DNA of 64,000 nucleotides from Limisphaerales bacterium (GTDB lineage Bacteria; Verrucomicrobiota; Verrucomicrobiia; Limisphaerales; JAYPXF01): NCBI GenBank assembly GCA_047608975.1, contig JBLFYM010000010.1, positions 12,745 to 76,744 of the forward strand, read 5' to 3'. Shown piece by piece: positions 54,404 to 63,054 of this stretch (position 1 is its first letter; each line of letters starts with the position of its first letter). The notes under the pieces were generated by a model. It saw only the letters and a program-made list of their open reading frames with translations, ran no database searches and was not told where the DNA came from. The position numbers and the translations under genes were made by a program.

Positions 54404-57400
54404 TCAGCGGGAACTGCGGCTGGCCTGATCGGAAAGGTTCTTGAGGTACTGCTCAACAAGCGGTCCAAATTCTTCCGGGTAACTCTCGCCCAGAGATTGC
54501 AGGATCGCGTTGCGTTCGCGGGCCGGCAAGCCGATGAAAGTATTGCGGTCGGCGACCTTGCGGAGGCGACCGTCGGCTCCGCCTTTGCCATTAAAATTCC
54601 CTTTGTCGCCGTTGCCCTCGCCTTCCTTGCTGTCTGACTTCGGCTTGCTCTTGCCCGGGCCCTTGGCGTCGCCCTTGCCCTTTTGTTCGCTCTCACCTTT
54701 GCCGCCTTCGCCTTGGGCCATCTGCTGTTCGCTGTTGTTCCCCAGACCTTTCTGAGCGAGGGCGAGTGCGGCAGCGGCTTTGTTCAGCGAGTCTTGGGCA
54801 GATTGAGCGCTGGCCTGCGCGGGGCTGGCGTCGCCCGAGCTGGCTTTGGCCGAGGCTTCGGTGAGGGCCTGTTGCGCTGCGCGGAGAGAAAGTTGCGCAT
54901 CCATCGGCAACATGCTGATGGCACCGCTGGTGAGGGGAGAGATCATCTCGTTGGCCGCATCGAGCGGCTCGGCTGCCGTTTGCGGTTCGGTCTTGGCGAG
55001 CTGGGTGGCAATCGCGGCGAGGTCTCCCTGTTCCTTCGCAAGTTGGGCGGCGCTGGGTTTCTGCGCATCCGCTGCAGCGGCGGGAGATTGGCCGTCCTTG
55101 GCAGGTGAAGCGGCGGCGGGTGGGGAGTTCGCGGCGGGTTTGCCATTGGTTGAGGGCTCGGCCTGTCCGGGTGTAGCATTCCCGGCGGGCGAGGCCGGGG
55201 TTGCGGATTCTGACTTGGCGGCTGCCTGCAGATGTTTCTGAGCCTTGGCCATTTCGCCGATCGCAGCGATCACATCTTTTGATTCCAGCTTTTCCGCGGC
55301 CTTCTTGGTTGCGGCTTTCGCTGCCATCAGCGCGGCGGATTCAGGTTTTGCTTTTGCCTTCTCTGCCACCAGACCAGCGAGCTTCTCCTGCTCGGCCTTG
55401 ACGAGATCGCTGAGCGAGGCGGGACGTTCCAAATCACTCACCGCTTTGTTCACCAGGAGTTGTGCTGCGGAAACCTGTTCGGAAGCTTGAGCCAGAAGAT
55501 CCGGTTTGTTTTCCTCGGGTTTCCCGAGTGCCTTGGCCAGCTCTTCCTGCTTCTGATCAATGTTCTGTTTGGCGGTCAGCAGATTCTCCAGTGCGCGACC
55601 CTGCTCCTTGCGGGCGACGGCAGCGTCCGGCTTCTGAAGTTCTTTTTTGGCGTTGCCCATGTCGTTGCTCGCCGTGGCCAGATTGCGGGCGGCCTGAGGT
55701 GCGGTCTGCGCAGCCTCCTGAGCGGCGGCTTCGGTCTGACCGGCCAGTTTTCCCTGTGGTGCCGCTTGAGCGAGAGCCTGTCGTTTGCCTTCGGCATCGG
55801 GTATCTGGGCGGCCTTGGCGGTCTGGAGCTGAACTTTCTGCTGATCCTGAATCAGCTCGCTGACTTTCTTGCTCAGGGCATCGAGCTTGGCCATCTGCTC
55901 TTCGGCTTTCTCCAGCGTGGCAACTTCTTGCGCAAGTTCGGATTCGGCGCGTTTGAGAGCATCGGCCGCAGCCTGCTGCGCTCGCGGCGCGGTGAGTTTC
56001 TTGGCCAGGGTGTCCGCTGCCTTGCTCATCTGCTTTGAAGCCTCGGCAAGTGACTCGGCGGCATTCTTGGCGAGCGGGATCGCCTTGGCGTGCGCGTCCT
56101 GAGTGAGAGCCTTGAGGGTTTGCTGATGGGCGGCGTGTTTGGGGAGTTGATCGCTTTTGGCGTCGCTCACGAGATTGGCCGCAGCTTTGGCATCTTCCTG
56201 CTTCTGGGAAAGTTCCTGAACCTCGGCCAACAGTTTTTTCAGTTTGGAAATCTTGTCGTCCGAGTCCTCACTGGCTTCCTCGGCTTCAGCGATCTTTTTC
56301 ACGAGGGCCACCTTGGCTGCCTCCATCTTTTCCAAGGCTTCCTTCTGCTTGGCGACAGCGGGCGCTTCGCCGGCCGCATTCCGATCTCGCGAGCTGACGT
56401 TCGCGCTGATTTTGGATCGGGCTTCCTGAAGGTGATCGATGGATTCTTTCAATTCGCTGGCGGCGATCGGGGCGAGCTCGGCGATGTCTTCGCTGATCAT
56501 GGCCGTTTCATCGACGACCTGCATCTGCCGTTTCTCAACCTCATCACGCAGGTCTTCGTCCTTCTTGGTAGCGGCCAGCTGTTTCGTTTCCTCAACGAGG
56601 ACCTCCTGCTTGACCATGGTTTTCTGGAGTTCCTTGAGGGCTTCCTTGAGGGTGGTCATCGCGTCGCGATCGGGACGTAGGAGACGGGAAAGCTCGACGA
56701 AGATATCGCGCGCCCGTTGTTCGTTACCGGCGGCGCTGGTCAGGCGGGATTCTTTCAGGTCCTCGGTGGCGTTGGCGACGATGGTTCCCAGTTCGCTCTC
56801 TTTCGCCCGGGCCACGGCGGCGCGGGGTTTCTCGGCAGGTAGACCGTCCATCTTGCCGACGACCTCGTAGAGCTTTTTCAGGAGGATCGAGGTCTCGGCG
56901 TGAATCGTGGATTGTTCAGTGGCCTGCAATTGCAGGGAGATTCGGTGAGACTCTTTGCTGCGGCGGGCATCGCGGCCGAGGGTTGCCTTGTACAGGGCCA
57001 CCGTCTCGCTCATGTTCACGCCTTGGCGGCGAGCCAGCGCCCGAAAACGCCGCGCGATTTCACGCAGGATCTGTTGACGCTCATATTCGAGAAGCAGATG
57101 ACGGAGCTGCACGATGATGCTCTTCTGGCCGGCATAGGCGTTCAGGGTGTTCTCGCTGGATTTGCTCGGATCAGTCGTGTTCCGGGCGGATTGGAGGAGC
57201 GTGATGACCTTGCGGATCTCTTCCTGGGTGAGTTCTCCGAGCACGCTGCGAATCGCCTTGAGCACGGATACGTCGTCGCCGGAGAGGCCGTTGCGTTCGT
57301 ATTCGTCGATGATGATGTCCAGCTGGGCGCCGACGCGACCGGTGGTGTCCTTGATCTGTTCCTGACGGAGTTCCTGTTGTAGGAGCAGATCGGTGGGGTT

Positions 57401-57484
57401 GAGGGTGGTTTCAGCGAGCGACGCGATGGGGACAATCACGCCCAGAAAAAGCGCGCCGATGGTGAGTTGGAGAAAGCGTGACAT
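54404..57484 (-). CDS. Giant (~1026 aa) membrane-anchored Ala/Lys/Glu/Gln-rich coiled-coil protein with a distinct C-terminal tail
   Basis: N-terminal TM MSRFLQLTIGALFLGVIVPIASLA, ~850 aa of heptad-like helix, Pro/Ala/Ser and Gly/Lys low-complexity spacers, and the tail FIGLPARERNAILQSLGESYPEEFGPLVEQYLKNLSDQ. The maximal ORF extends to 57538. Confidence 0.75.
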   Translation of the reverse strand: MSRFLQLTIGALFLGVIVPIASLAETTLNPTDLLLQQELRQEQIKDTTGRVGAQLDIIIDEYERNGLSGDDVSVLKAIRSVLGELTQEEIRKVITLLQSARNTTDPSKSSENTLNAYAGQKSIIVQLRHLLLEYERQQILREIARRFRALARRQGVNMSETVALYKATLGRDARRSKESHRISLQLQATEQSTIHAETSILLKKLYEVVGKMDGLPAEKPRAAVARAKESELGTIVANATEDLKESRLTSAAGNEQRARDIFVELSRLLRPDRDAMTTLKEALKELQKTMVKQEVLVEETKQLAATKKDEDLRDEVEKRQMQVVDETAMISEDIAELAPIAASELKESIDHLQEARSKISANVSSRDRNAAGEAPAVAKQKEALEKMEAAKVALVKKIAEAEEASEDSDDKISKLKKLLAEVQELSQKQEDAKAAANLVSDAKSDQLPKHAAHQQTLKALTQDAHAKAIPLAKNAAESLAEASKQMSKAADTLAKKLTAPRAQQAAADALKRAESELAQEVATLEKAEEQMAKLDALSKKVSELIQDQQKVQLQTAKAAQIPDAEGKRQALAQAAPQGKLAGQTEAAAQEAAQTAPQAARNLATASNDMGNAKKELQKPDAAVARKEQGRALENLLTAKQNIDQKQEELAKALGKPEENKPDLLAQASEQVSAAQLLVNKAVSDLERPASLSDLVKAEQEKLAGLVAEKAKAKPESAALMAAKAATKKAAEKLESKDVIAAIGEMAKAQKHLQAAAKSESATPASPAGNATPGQAEPSTNGKPAANSPPAAASPAKDGQSPAAAADAQKPSAAQLAKEQGDLAAIATQLAKTEPQTAAEPLDAANEMISPLTSGAISMLPMDAQLSLRAAQQALTEASAKASSGDASPAQASAQSAQDSLNKAAAALALAQKGLGNNSEQQMAQGEGGKGESEQKGKGDAKGPGKSKPKSDSKEGEGNGDKGNFNGKGGADGRLRKVADRNTFIGLPARERNAILQSLGESYPEEFGPLVEQYLKNLSDQASRSSR

Positions 57485-57913
57485 TACAAAAACGGTCTGA
57501 TCAACGGTTACAGTGTGAGCCCTGATCCGACTCGCCAACTGAGCGGCCTATTCTATCGGGCTTTACAGGGCGGGCAATGATGAATGCCGGTGCTGGCCCC
57601 TCGGGTGTGATAACCGGGCCCGGCATGAGCGCCTCGCACAACAATGACATCCGTGATGTCACGGATAAAAACGCCCCGACCAGCGCGTTCTACATCCTCG
57701 AAGCCGCGTTCGCTCCCGGACCTTGAACACGGTTCACTCACGAGACGTTGCCTCAGACCGACGAGAAAACAGTTAAGATCCGTTGAAGTCCACACGGTAG
57801 ACGCGCCCGGCCCCGTGAGCGCCTACCGGGGACAGCTGACGATCCACTGGAGGCTGGCCACCTTTGCATTGAGAAGTCTGCTTTTCTCGGTCAATTTGAC
57901 AGCCGGTAGCAAA

Positions 57914-58297
57914 ATGCTACCTTTGAATATGAGCCAACCGGTCAAACTCAGTGATGAACTCGTCCTCGAAGCGAGGACGGTTGGGAAAATCGCTGAGCGT
58001 TCCATCGCTGGTCAGGTTGAATTCTGGGCCCGCCTAGGTAAGGCGCTCGAGCCAATTTTGAGGGGAGACCGGACTCTCGCCTTACAGCAAGCTGGTTCAG
58101 CCCAACTATTTTCCGAGATCATTGCTTCGGTCGATTCGGCCAAAGGGCGACAAAAGGTCCACACCTACCTTGAGACGCAAGCCTATCCCCATTTCGAACA
58201 ATGCCCTGACGAACCGGGCATGTTGGTGAAAATTAATGAGGACGGCAGCAGGACTCGGGGACGATTCGTAAATCGAAAATTCGTCAAGGCAGCTTGA
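57914..58297 (+). CDS. ParD-like antitoxin
   Basis: MSQPVKLSDELVLEARTVGKIAERSIAGQVEFWARLGKALE matches the ParD_like N-terminus as I remember it. ATG 57914 or 57929; the long upstream ORF extension is implausible. Confidence 0.7.
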   Translation: MLPLNMSQPVKLSDELVLEARTVGKIAERSIAGQVEFWARLGKALEPILRGDRTLALQQAGSAQLFSEIIASVDSAKGRQKVHTYLETQAYPHFEQCPDEPGMLVKINEDGSRTRGRFVNRKFVKAA

Positions 58298-58307
58298 GTC
58301 CAGCACC

Positions 58308-58850
58308 ATGGATTGGGAATCGCTGTTGGATAAACGCCCGATCGTCGTAGCCGTTGCCGGATCGAATGGGGCGGGTAAATCCACTTTCTACCATGCCCAC
58401 CTGGCCAACGTGGCTTTGCGATATGTGAATGCTGACGACATCGCGGCGGAGTTGGTCCTTGGAGCCTACGAAGGGGCTGATGTAGCTGCCGCCATTCGCG
58501 GCGATCTCATCGCGCAAGGGGAAAGCTTCATCTTTGAGACCGTGTTTTCCGACCCTCACGGAGCCAAGGTGGCAGAGCTCGAGGCAGCTGCAAAAAAAGG
58601 CCTGCCTGTCGTTTTGATTTTCATTCGAATTGATTCACCAGAGACATCCAAGCAACGGGTTTCGATGCGAGTGATGCAGGGCGGTCACGATGTGCCTGAT
58701 GATAAATTGGAAACTCGCTTTGACCGAACATTGGCCAATCTGGAACGAGCGATTCACGATCTTCCGGTTGTATTGATTTTCGGCAACTCGGACCTGGCCA
58801 ATCCCTACCGTCTCGAAGCGGTTCATCAAAATGGGGAACGAATGTTTTAG
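58308..58850 (+). CDS. Zeta-toxin-family P-loop kinase-like protein
   Basis: Walker A VAGSNGAGKST, then FIFETVFS and MRVMQGGHDVPDDKLETRF. 180 aa, starting 10 nt after the antitoxin stop. Confidence 0.7.
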   Translation: MDWESLLDKRPIVVAVAGSNGAGKSTFYHAHLANVALRYVNADDIAAELVLGAYEGADVAAAIRGDLIAQGESFIFETVFSDPHGAKVAELEAAAKKGLPVVLIFIRIDSPETSKQRVSMRVMQGGHDVPDDKLETRFDRTLANLERAIHDLPVVLIFGNSDLANPYRLEAVHQNGERMF

Positions 58851-58990
58851 TGTGACTCTTGGCCAGCTCATCCAGATGTGGCGTCTGGATGATCAGGGAA
58901 GAATTCGTCGGGGAGGAACTTTCGGAAGCAGCGTTGGACGACGGAACTGACGTTCAGACTGAAGGTCAGCTTGCCTTGCTGAAAACGTTC

Positions 58991-60097
58991 TCAGATCTCG
59001 AACGGCAGAGCGGTCACCTTTCGGGGGATCTTTCCATCAACGCGGTCGAAAACATCAACTTCAAAGGGTTTGCCGATGTTGTTACCGGCAAGATCCTCGA
59101 GAATATGTTCGGCCTTCAATGTGTATTTTCCGGGTGACCACGCGGCCTTGGGGGTGAACCGCCAAGCGCTTTCGTGGTCCGTGAGTTCGAGACTGCCGTC
59201 GACTTCCTCCCCCTGAGCGTTCACGAGCCAGATCACTCTTTGCGCCAGGGCGTTATCGAGCGGCTCACCGAACTTGACCTGAAGCGGCTCGGAGGTGCCG
59301 GGTTTTGGGGATCGGATTTCCCAAGTATCGGGCTTGATCGGAAGACGATCGGAAACGGTCACCGTGAAGGTTTTTCGAAAGTCTGATTTGAGGGGCTGGC
59401 CAGTGTGGTCCTGCCACTCGCGCCGAATGAGGAGCGTGTAACGATGGCCAAATTCAATTGCGGGACCGATGTCCTCGAGCGGTTTGACGCCGCGCTTGAT
59501 GCGGCCCGGATCGATGAACAAGGTCAGGCGTTTCAGATCGGCCGTCCAAAGTTCCTCATTGATCTCAAGAAAGGGGAGGTCCACGGGCACGTTGTTGTCG
59601 CCCAGCAAACTGATGTATTGGTAGATGTTGCCACGCCGCATGGGTTTGCTGAAGTGTACGTAGAACTTCAGCAGGTTCTCGGGCAAAACCGGGGCGCTAG
59701 GAAAGATCGCCGCGACATTGCCCGGCGATGTTTTGAGGACGGTCATACCAAACGGGAGACTGACACTCTTTGGGCCGCCGATGAATTGAGCGAGGTAGTT
59801 CACCCCGGTACGAAAAGGGAAGCCGGGTTCGTAGCGAACGGTGCGCCCGTTCAAGGTGTAGGACCCGGCGATGGCAGGCAGGGCGGCGGCTTCCTTCGAA
59901 ACGACACTTACGCGACAGGTCTTCGCGAACTCGCTTCGCTTCACGATCTTAACACCCGGCGGCCAGATGAATTCGACCGCCGTGATTTGTTCAGCGTTCC
60001 TGACCAGTCGGATGGCGGCGGCGCTTTGAACTGCGGCAAAGAAAAAGGCGGCCAGCACGAGGCCGGCCACCTTGGCATTGGCAAGTGTCTGCGTCAC
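58991..60097 (-). CDS. Secreted hypothetical protein, probably Ig-like/beta-sandwich domains
   Basis: Signal/anchor LVLAAFFFAAVQSAAA and beta-rich sequence (YTLNGRTVRYEPGFPF, LKFYVHFSKPM, GKYTLKAEHILEDLAGN). The GTG start overlaps the upstream stop (GTGA). Confidence 0.6.
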   Translation of the reverse strand: MTQTLANAKVAGLVLAAFFFAAVQSAAAIRLVRNAEQITAVEFIWPPGVKIVKRSEFAKTCRVSVVSKEAAALPAIAGSYTLNGRTVRYEPGFPFRTGVNYLAQFIGGPKSVSLPFGMTVLKTSPGNVAAIFPSAPVLPENLLKFYVHFSKPMRRGNIYQYISLLGDNNVPVDLPFLEINEELWTADLKRLTLFIDPGRIKRGVKPLEDIGPAIEFGHRYTLLIRREWQDHTGQPLKSDFRKTFTVTVSDRLPIKPDTWEIRSPKPGTSEPLQVKFGEPLDNALAQRVIWLVNAQGEEVDGSLELTDHESAWRFTPKAAWSPGKYTLKAEHILEDLAGNNIGKPFEVDVFDRVDGKIPRKVTALPFEI

Positions 60098-61164
60098 GGA
60101 AGCGGAATCGTTTGCAGCGTGGCACCGTTGTCATCGCTACGGACGACGAGGGCGAGCTTGGCGCTGTATTTGTCGAGCTGATCAATTCCTTGCCACTGCT
60201 CAATCGTCTTGTAGGTGACGCCGGCAGTTCCTGAGACTTTTTTCGTGATGGAGTCGATGGCGGCCATGTTGCCGGTATCGACTTTCATGATGCCGCGCGC
60301 GCTGTTCGCGATGAGCACGTAATCCTTGCCGCCCTGTTGATAGACAATCATGTCGAGCGGACGATTGCGGTTACCAAGTTCAGCGATGGTCTTCCCCTTG
60401 ACCTTGCCCATGGGCTTGATGTCGGCGATGGGGAACTGAACCAAAGGTGTGCAGGTATAGGCAGCAAGCACGCTTGGGGTGTCACCAACCTTGAAGGGGA
60501 CGAAGGTGCGAACGGGGGAGCGGGTTTCAAACCGACCGTGGGCACCGTGAAAAATCTCGACGCTTGAGCCACGATCCACCTTGCCGAAAGGAATCTTGAT
60601 CGAACGCAGGGTGGAGGCGAATTCCTCATTGGACAGACCAGCCACGAGTAGACGACCGTCGACGTAGGCAATATCGGTAATGGACTCCAGACGGGCGTTA
60701 TAAGGACCACGACGACCGCGGACTGACTTGTCCGCCGGAGCGTTCGGTAATTTGGCCGCAGACTGTGAATTCTTGGTGGCGACCACACTCAGTTTTCCAC
60801 CCGCCACGCGGATGATGGCCGGCGTGGCATCGGTGCCGCGACCGCGAGATACGGCCAGGTAGGCGTTCTTGGACACGGGATTCACGGCCAGATCAACGAT
60901 GAGAATGTCGTCGGCGTTGGCACCTATAAGCGAGGCGATCTTGCTGCCTATCTTTTCGACCTTCACGGCCTTGTCGGCTTTCTTCGCCTTCGCGTCGTCA
61001 ACCTGGTAGGCGTGAATGGTGGCACCCTTGGGATCGGATACGTAGAGAACGCCTTTGTCGTCAAACGTGATCGGTCCAACGGATTGCAGTTTCGCGGCCT
61101 GGGCCGGAGCGATGAATGTGACGGCGACAATCGCGGCGACAAGGGATGCGGGGATGCGTTTCAT
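60094..61164 (-). CDS. Secreted hypothetical protein, beta-propeller-like
   Basis: Signal peptide MKRIPASLVAAIVAVTFIAPAQA. Repeated strand-rich blocks (GVLYVSDPKGATIHAY; NAYLAVSRG; IAYVDGRLLVAG; DYVLIANSARGIMKV). No family assigned. Confidence 0.6.
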   Translation of the reverse strand: MKRIPASLVAAIVAVTFIAPAQAAKLQSVGPITFDDKGVLYVSDPKGATIHAYQVDDAKAKKADKAVKVEKIGSKIASLIGANADDILIVDLAVNPVSKNAYLAVSRGRGTDATPAIIRVAGGKLSVVATKNSQSAAKLPNAPADKSVRGRRGPYNARLESITDIAYVDGRLLVAGLSNEEFASTLRSIKIPFGKVDRGSSVEIFHGAHGRFETRSPVRTFVPFKVGDTPSVLAAYTCTPLVQFPIADIKPMGKVKGKTIAELGNRNRPLDMIVYQQGGKDYVLIANSARGIMKVDTGNMAAIDSITKKVSGTAGVTYKTIEQWQGIDQLDKYSAKLALVVRSDDNGATLQTIPLP

Positions 61165-61304
61165 TAGATGTATGGATAACGGTTCAAGACTGATTCACGA
61201 CCCCGAAACTGCGCGGTTGGAACACGATCCCGGGAACTCATGGACGACGCCTCAAAATGGGGCAACTGGCAATACTATTTTTCGCCTCAACGAGACATCC
61301 CGGG

Positions 61305-61904
61305 CTAGCGATAGACCACCACGAGCAGGGCAACGGCTTCGCCGCGACCCAAGTTCACAATGGCATGGGGTTGATCAGCCCGGTAGTTGCCGGAGTCACC
61401 GCGGTTCAGTTCTTCCGTATCATTGCCGGATTCGACGCGGACTTTGCCGCGTTGCACGGTGAGAAACTCCCGCGTTCCCTCGAAGTGGGCGGCGCTCCGA
61501 AGGCTCCCGCCCTCCTTGAGTCTCAGTTCGTAAAACTCGACGTCCTTCTCCAAATCCAAGGGCGAGAGCGTTCTGATGCTGCAGTCCTTATCTGAGCGAT
61601 AGTGATACATCCGGTCATCCGAACGCACGACCCGGATGGAGGAAGTCGCGGATGGATCCTCGACCAGGTCCGCGAGCGTCATCCCCAAGGCCTGCGCGAT
61701 CCGGAAAGCCACCGCAATCGTCGGGTTCGCGTTATTGCGCTCGATCTGGCTCAGCATGGATCGGCTCACTCCCGACGCGCCCGCCAGTTGCTCGAGTGAC
61801 CAGTCGTGAGCTGCCCGAAGTTCCTTCACCCGGGTGCCGAAGCGCACGCTGATTGCCTCATCGGATTCCACCGCCCGCACTGTCTTCTTCTTTTTGGCTG
61901 CCAT
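61305..61904 (-). CDS. XRE-family HTH transcriptional regulator with C-terminal cupin domain
   Basis: HTH FGTRVKELRAAHDWSLEQLAGASGVSRSMLSQIERNNANPT. Cupin half HFEGTREFLTVQRGKVRV...AIVNLGRGEAV. Confidence 0.85.
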   Translation of the reverse strand: MAAKKKKTVRAVESDEAISVRFGTRVKELRAAHDWSLEQLAGASGVSRSMLSQIERNNANPTIAVAFRIAQALGMTLADLVEDPSATSSIRVVRSDDRMYHYRSDKDCSIRTLSPLDLEKDVEFYELRLKEGGSLRSAAHFEGTREFLTVQRGKVRVESGNDTEELNRGDSGNYRADQPHAIVNLGRGEAVALLVVVYR

Positions 61905-62023
61905 GATGTTCGGTTTATTGAATCTATTTCTTGCATAGTGGAATTCATGTTCCATTATCTTGCACGTGGTTCCATTTTACCGGAATTGCTTTGGAAAGCA
62001 ACCGGTGAATCGGCCCTCCAAAA

Positions 62024-63049
62024 ATGAAAGCGCTGGTCAAAAGCAAATCTGAACCCGGGCTCTGGCTCGAGGATGTGCCCGAGCCCGAACTCGGGATCAA
62101 CGATGTGAAGATCCGCATTCACAAGACCGGGATCTGCGGCACGGATCTGCATATCTACAAATGGGACCGCTGGGCTCAGGGTGCGGTACCGGTTCCTCTG
62201 GTGGTCGGTCACGAATTTGTCGGCGAAATCGTCGCCGCCGGCTCGAACGTCAGTGACTTCTTCCCGGGCCAGATCGTCAGTGGCGAAGGACATGTCGTCT
62301 GTGGTCACTGCCGGAACTGTCTCGCCGGTCGTCGTCATCTTTGCGCGGATACCAAGGGCATCGGGGTCAATCGTCCGGGTGCCTTCGCCGAATACATCGT
62401 ACTGCCGCAGACGAACGTGTGGGTTCATTCGGAGGGAATCGATCCGGATATCGCCTCGATCTTTGATCCCTTCGGCAACGCGGTTCACACGGCACTCTCG
62501 TTCCCAATTCTCGGCGAAGACGTGTTGGTGACCGGTGCGGGTCCGATCGGAATCATGGGCGCGGCGATCGCCCGCTATGCCGGCGCGCGCTACGTCGTCA
62601 TCACCGATGTGAATCCCTACCGGCTGGATCTGGCCCGCAAGATGGGCGTGACCCTGGCGGTGAATCCGATGGAAAAACCGTTGGCGGATGTCCAACAAGA
62701 ACTTGGCATGCAGGAAGGTTTTGACGTCGGACTTGAGATGTCCGGCAATCCGGATGCATTCCGTGAGATGCTCTCGAACATGGCCCACGGCGGGAAAGTT
62801 GCGCTCTTGGGAATTCCGGAGAAGGAAATGGCGATCGATTGGAATACCGTGATCTTCAACATGCTGACCATCAAGGGCATCTACGGACGCGAGATGTATG
62901 ACACCTGGTACAAGATGACGGTAATGCTTCAAGGCGGTCTGGATCTGACCCCGGTGATCACCCATCGCTACCACTACAGCGAATTTGAAAAGGGCTTCGA
63001 AGTGATGAAGTCCGGTCAATCTGGCAAGGTCGTCCTCAACTGGAACTGA
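62024..63049 (+). CDS. tdh: L-threonine 3-dehydrogenase
   Basis: [34 protein letters not shown] and GAGPIGIMG. 341 aa, colinear with E. coli Tdh and followed by kbl. Confidence 0.9.
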   Translation: MKALVKSKSEPGLWLEDVPEPELGINDVKIRIHKTGICGTDLHIYKWDRWAQGAVPVPLVVGHEFVGEIVAAGSNVSDFFPGQIVSGEGHVVCGHCRNCLAGRRHLCADTKGIGVNRPGAFAEYIVLPQTNVWVHSEGIDPDIASIFDPFGNAVHTALSFPILGEDVLVTGAGPIGIMGAAIARYAGARYVVITDVNPYRLDLARKMGVTLAVNPMEKPLADVQQELGMQEGFDVGLEMSGNPDAFREMLSNMAHGGKVALLGIPEKEMAIDWNTVIFNMLTIKGIYGREMYDTWYKMTVMLQGGLDLTPVITHRYHYSEFEKGFEVMKSGQSGKVVLNWN

Positions 63050-63054
63050 ACATC

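Noticed and set aside
57644-57913. 90-aa N-terminal extension of the ParD-like antitoxin ORF. The same applies to the long extensions of the 25406-26473, 19715-20395, 34279-35151 and 54404-57538 ORFs.
   Set aside because: The extensions are Arg/Ser/Pro-rich, overlap neighbouring genes or promoters, and homologues start at the internal ATG/GTG.
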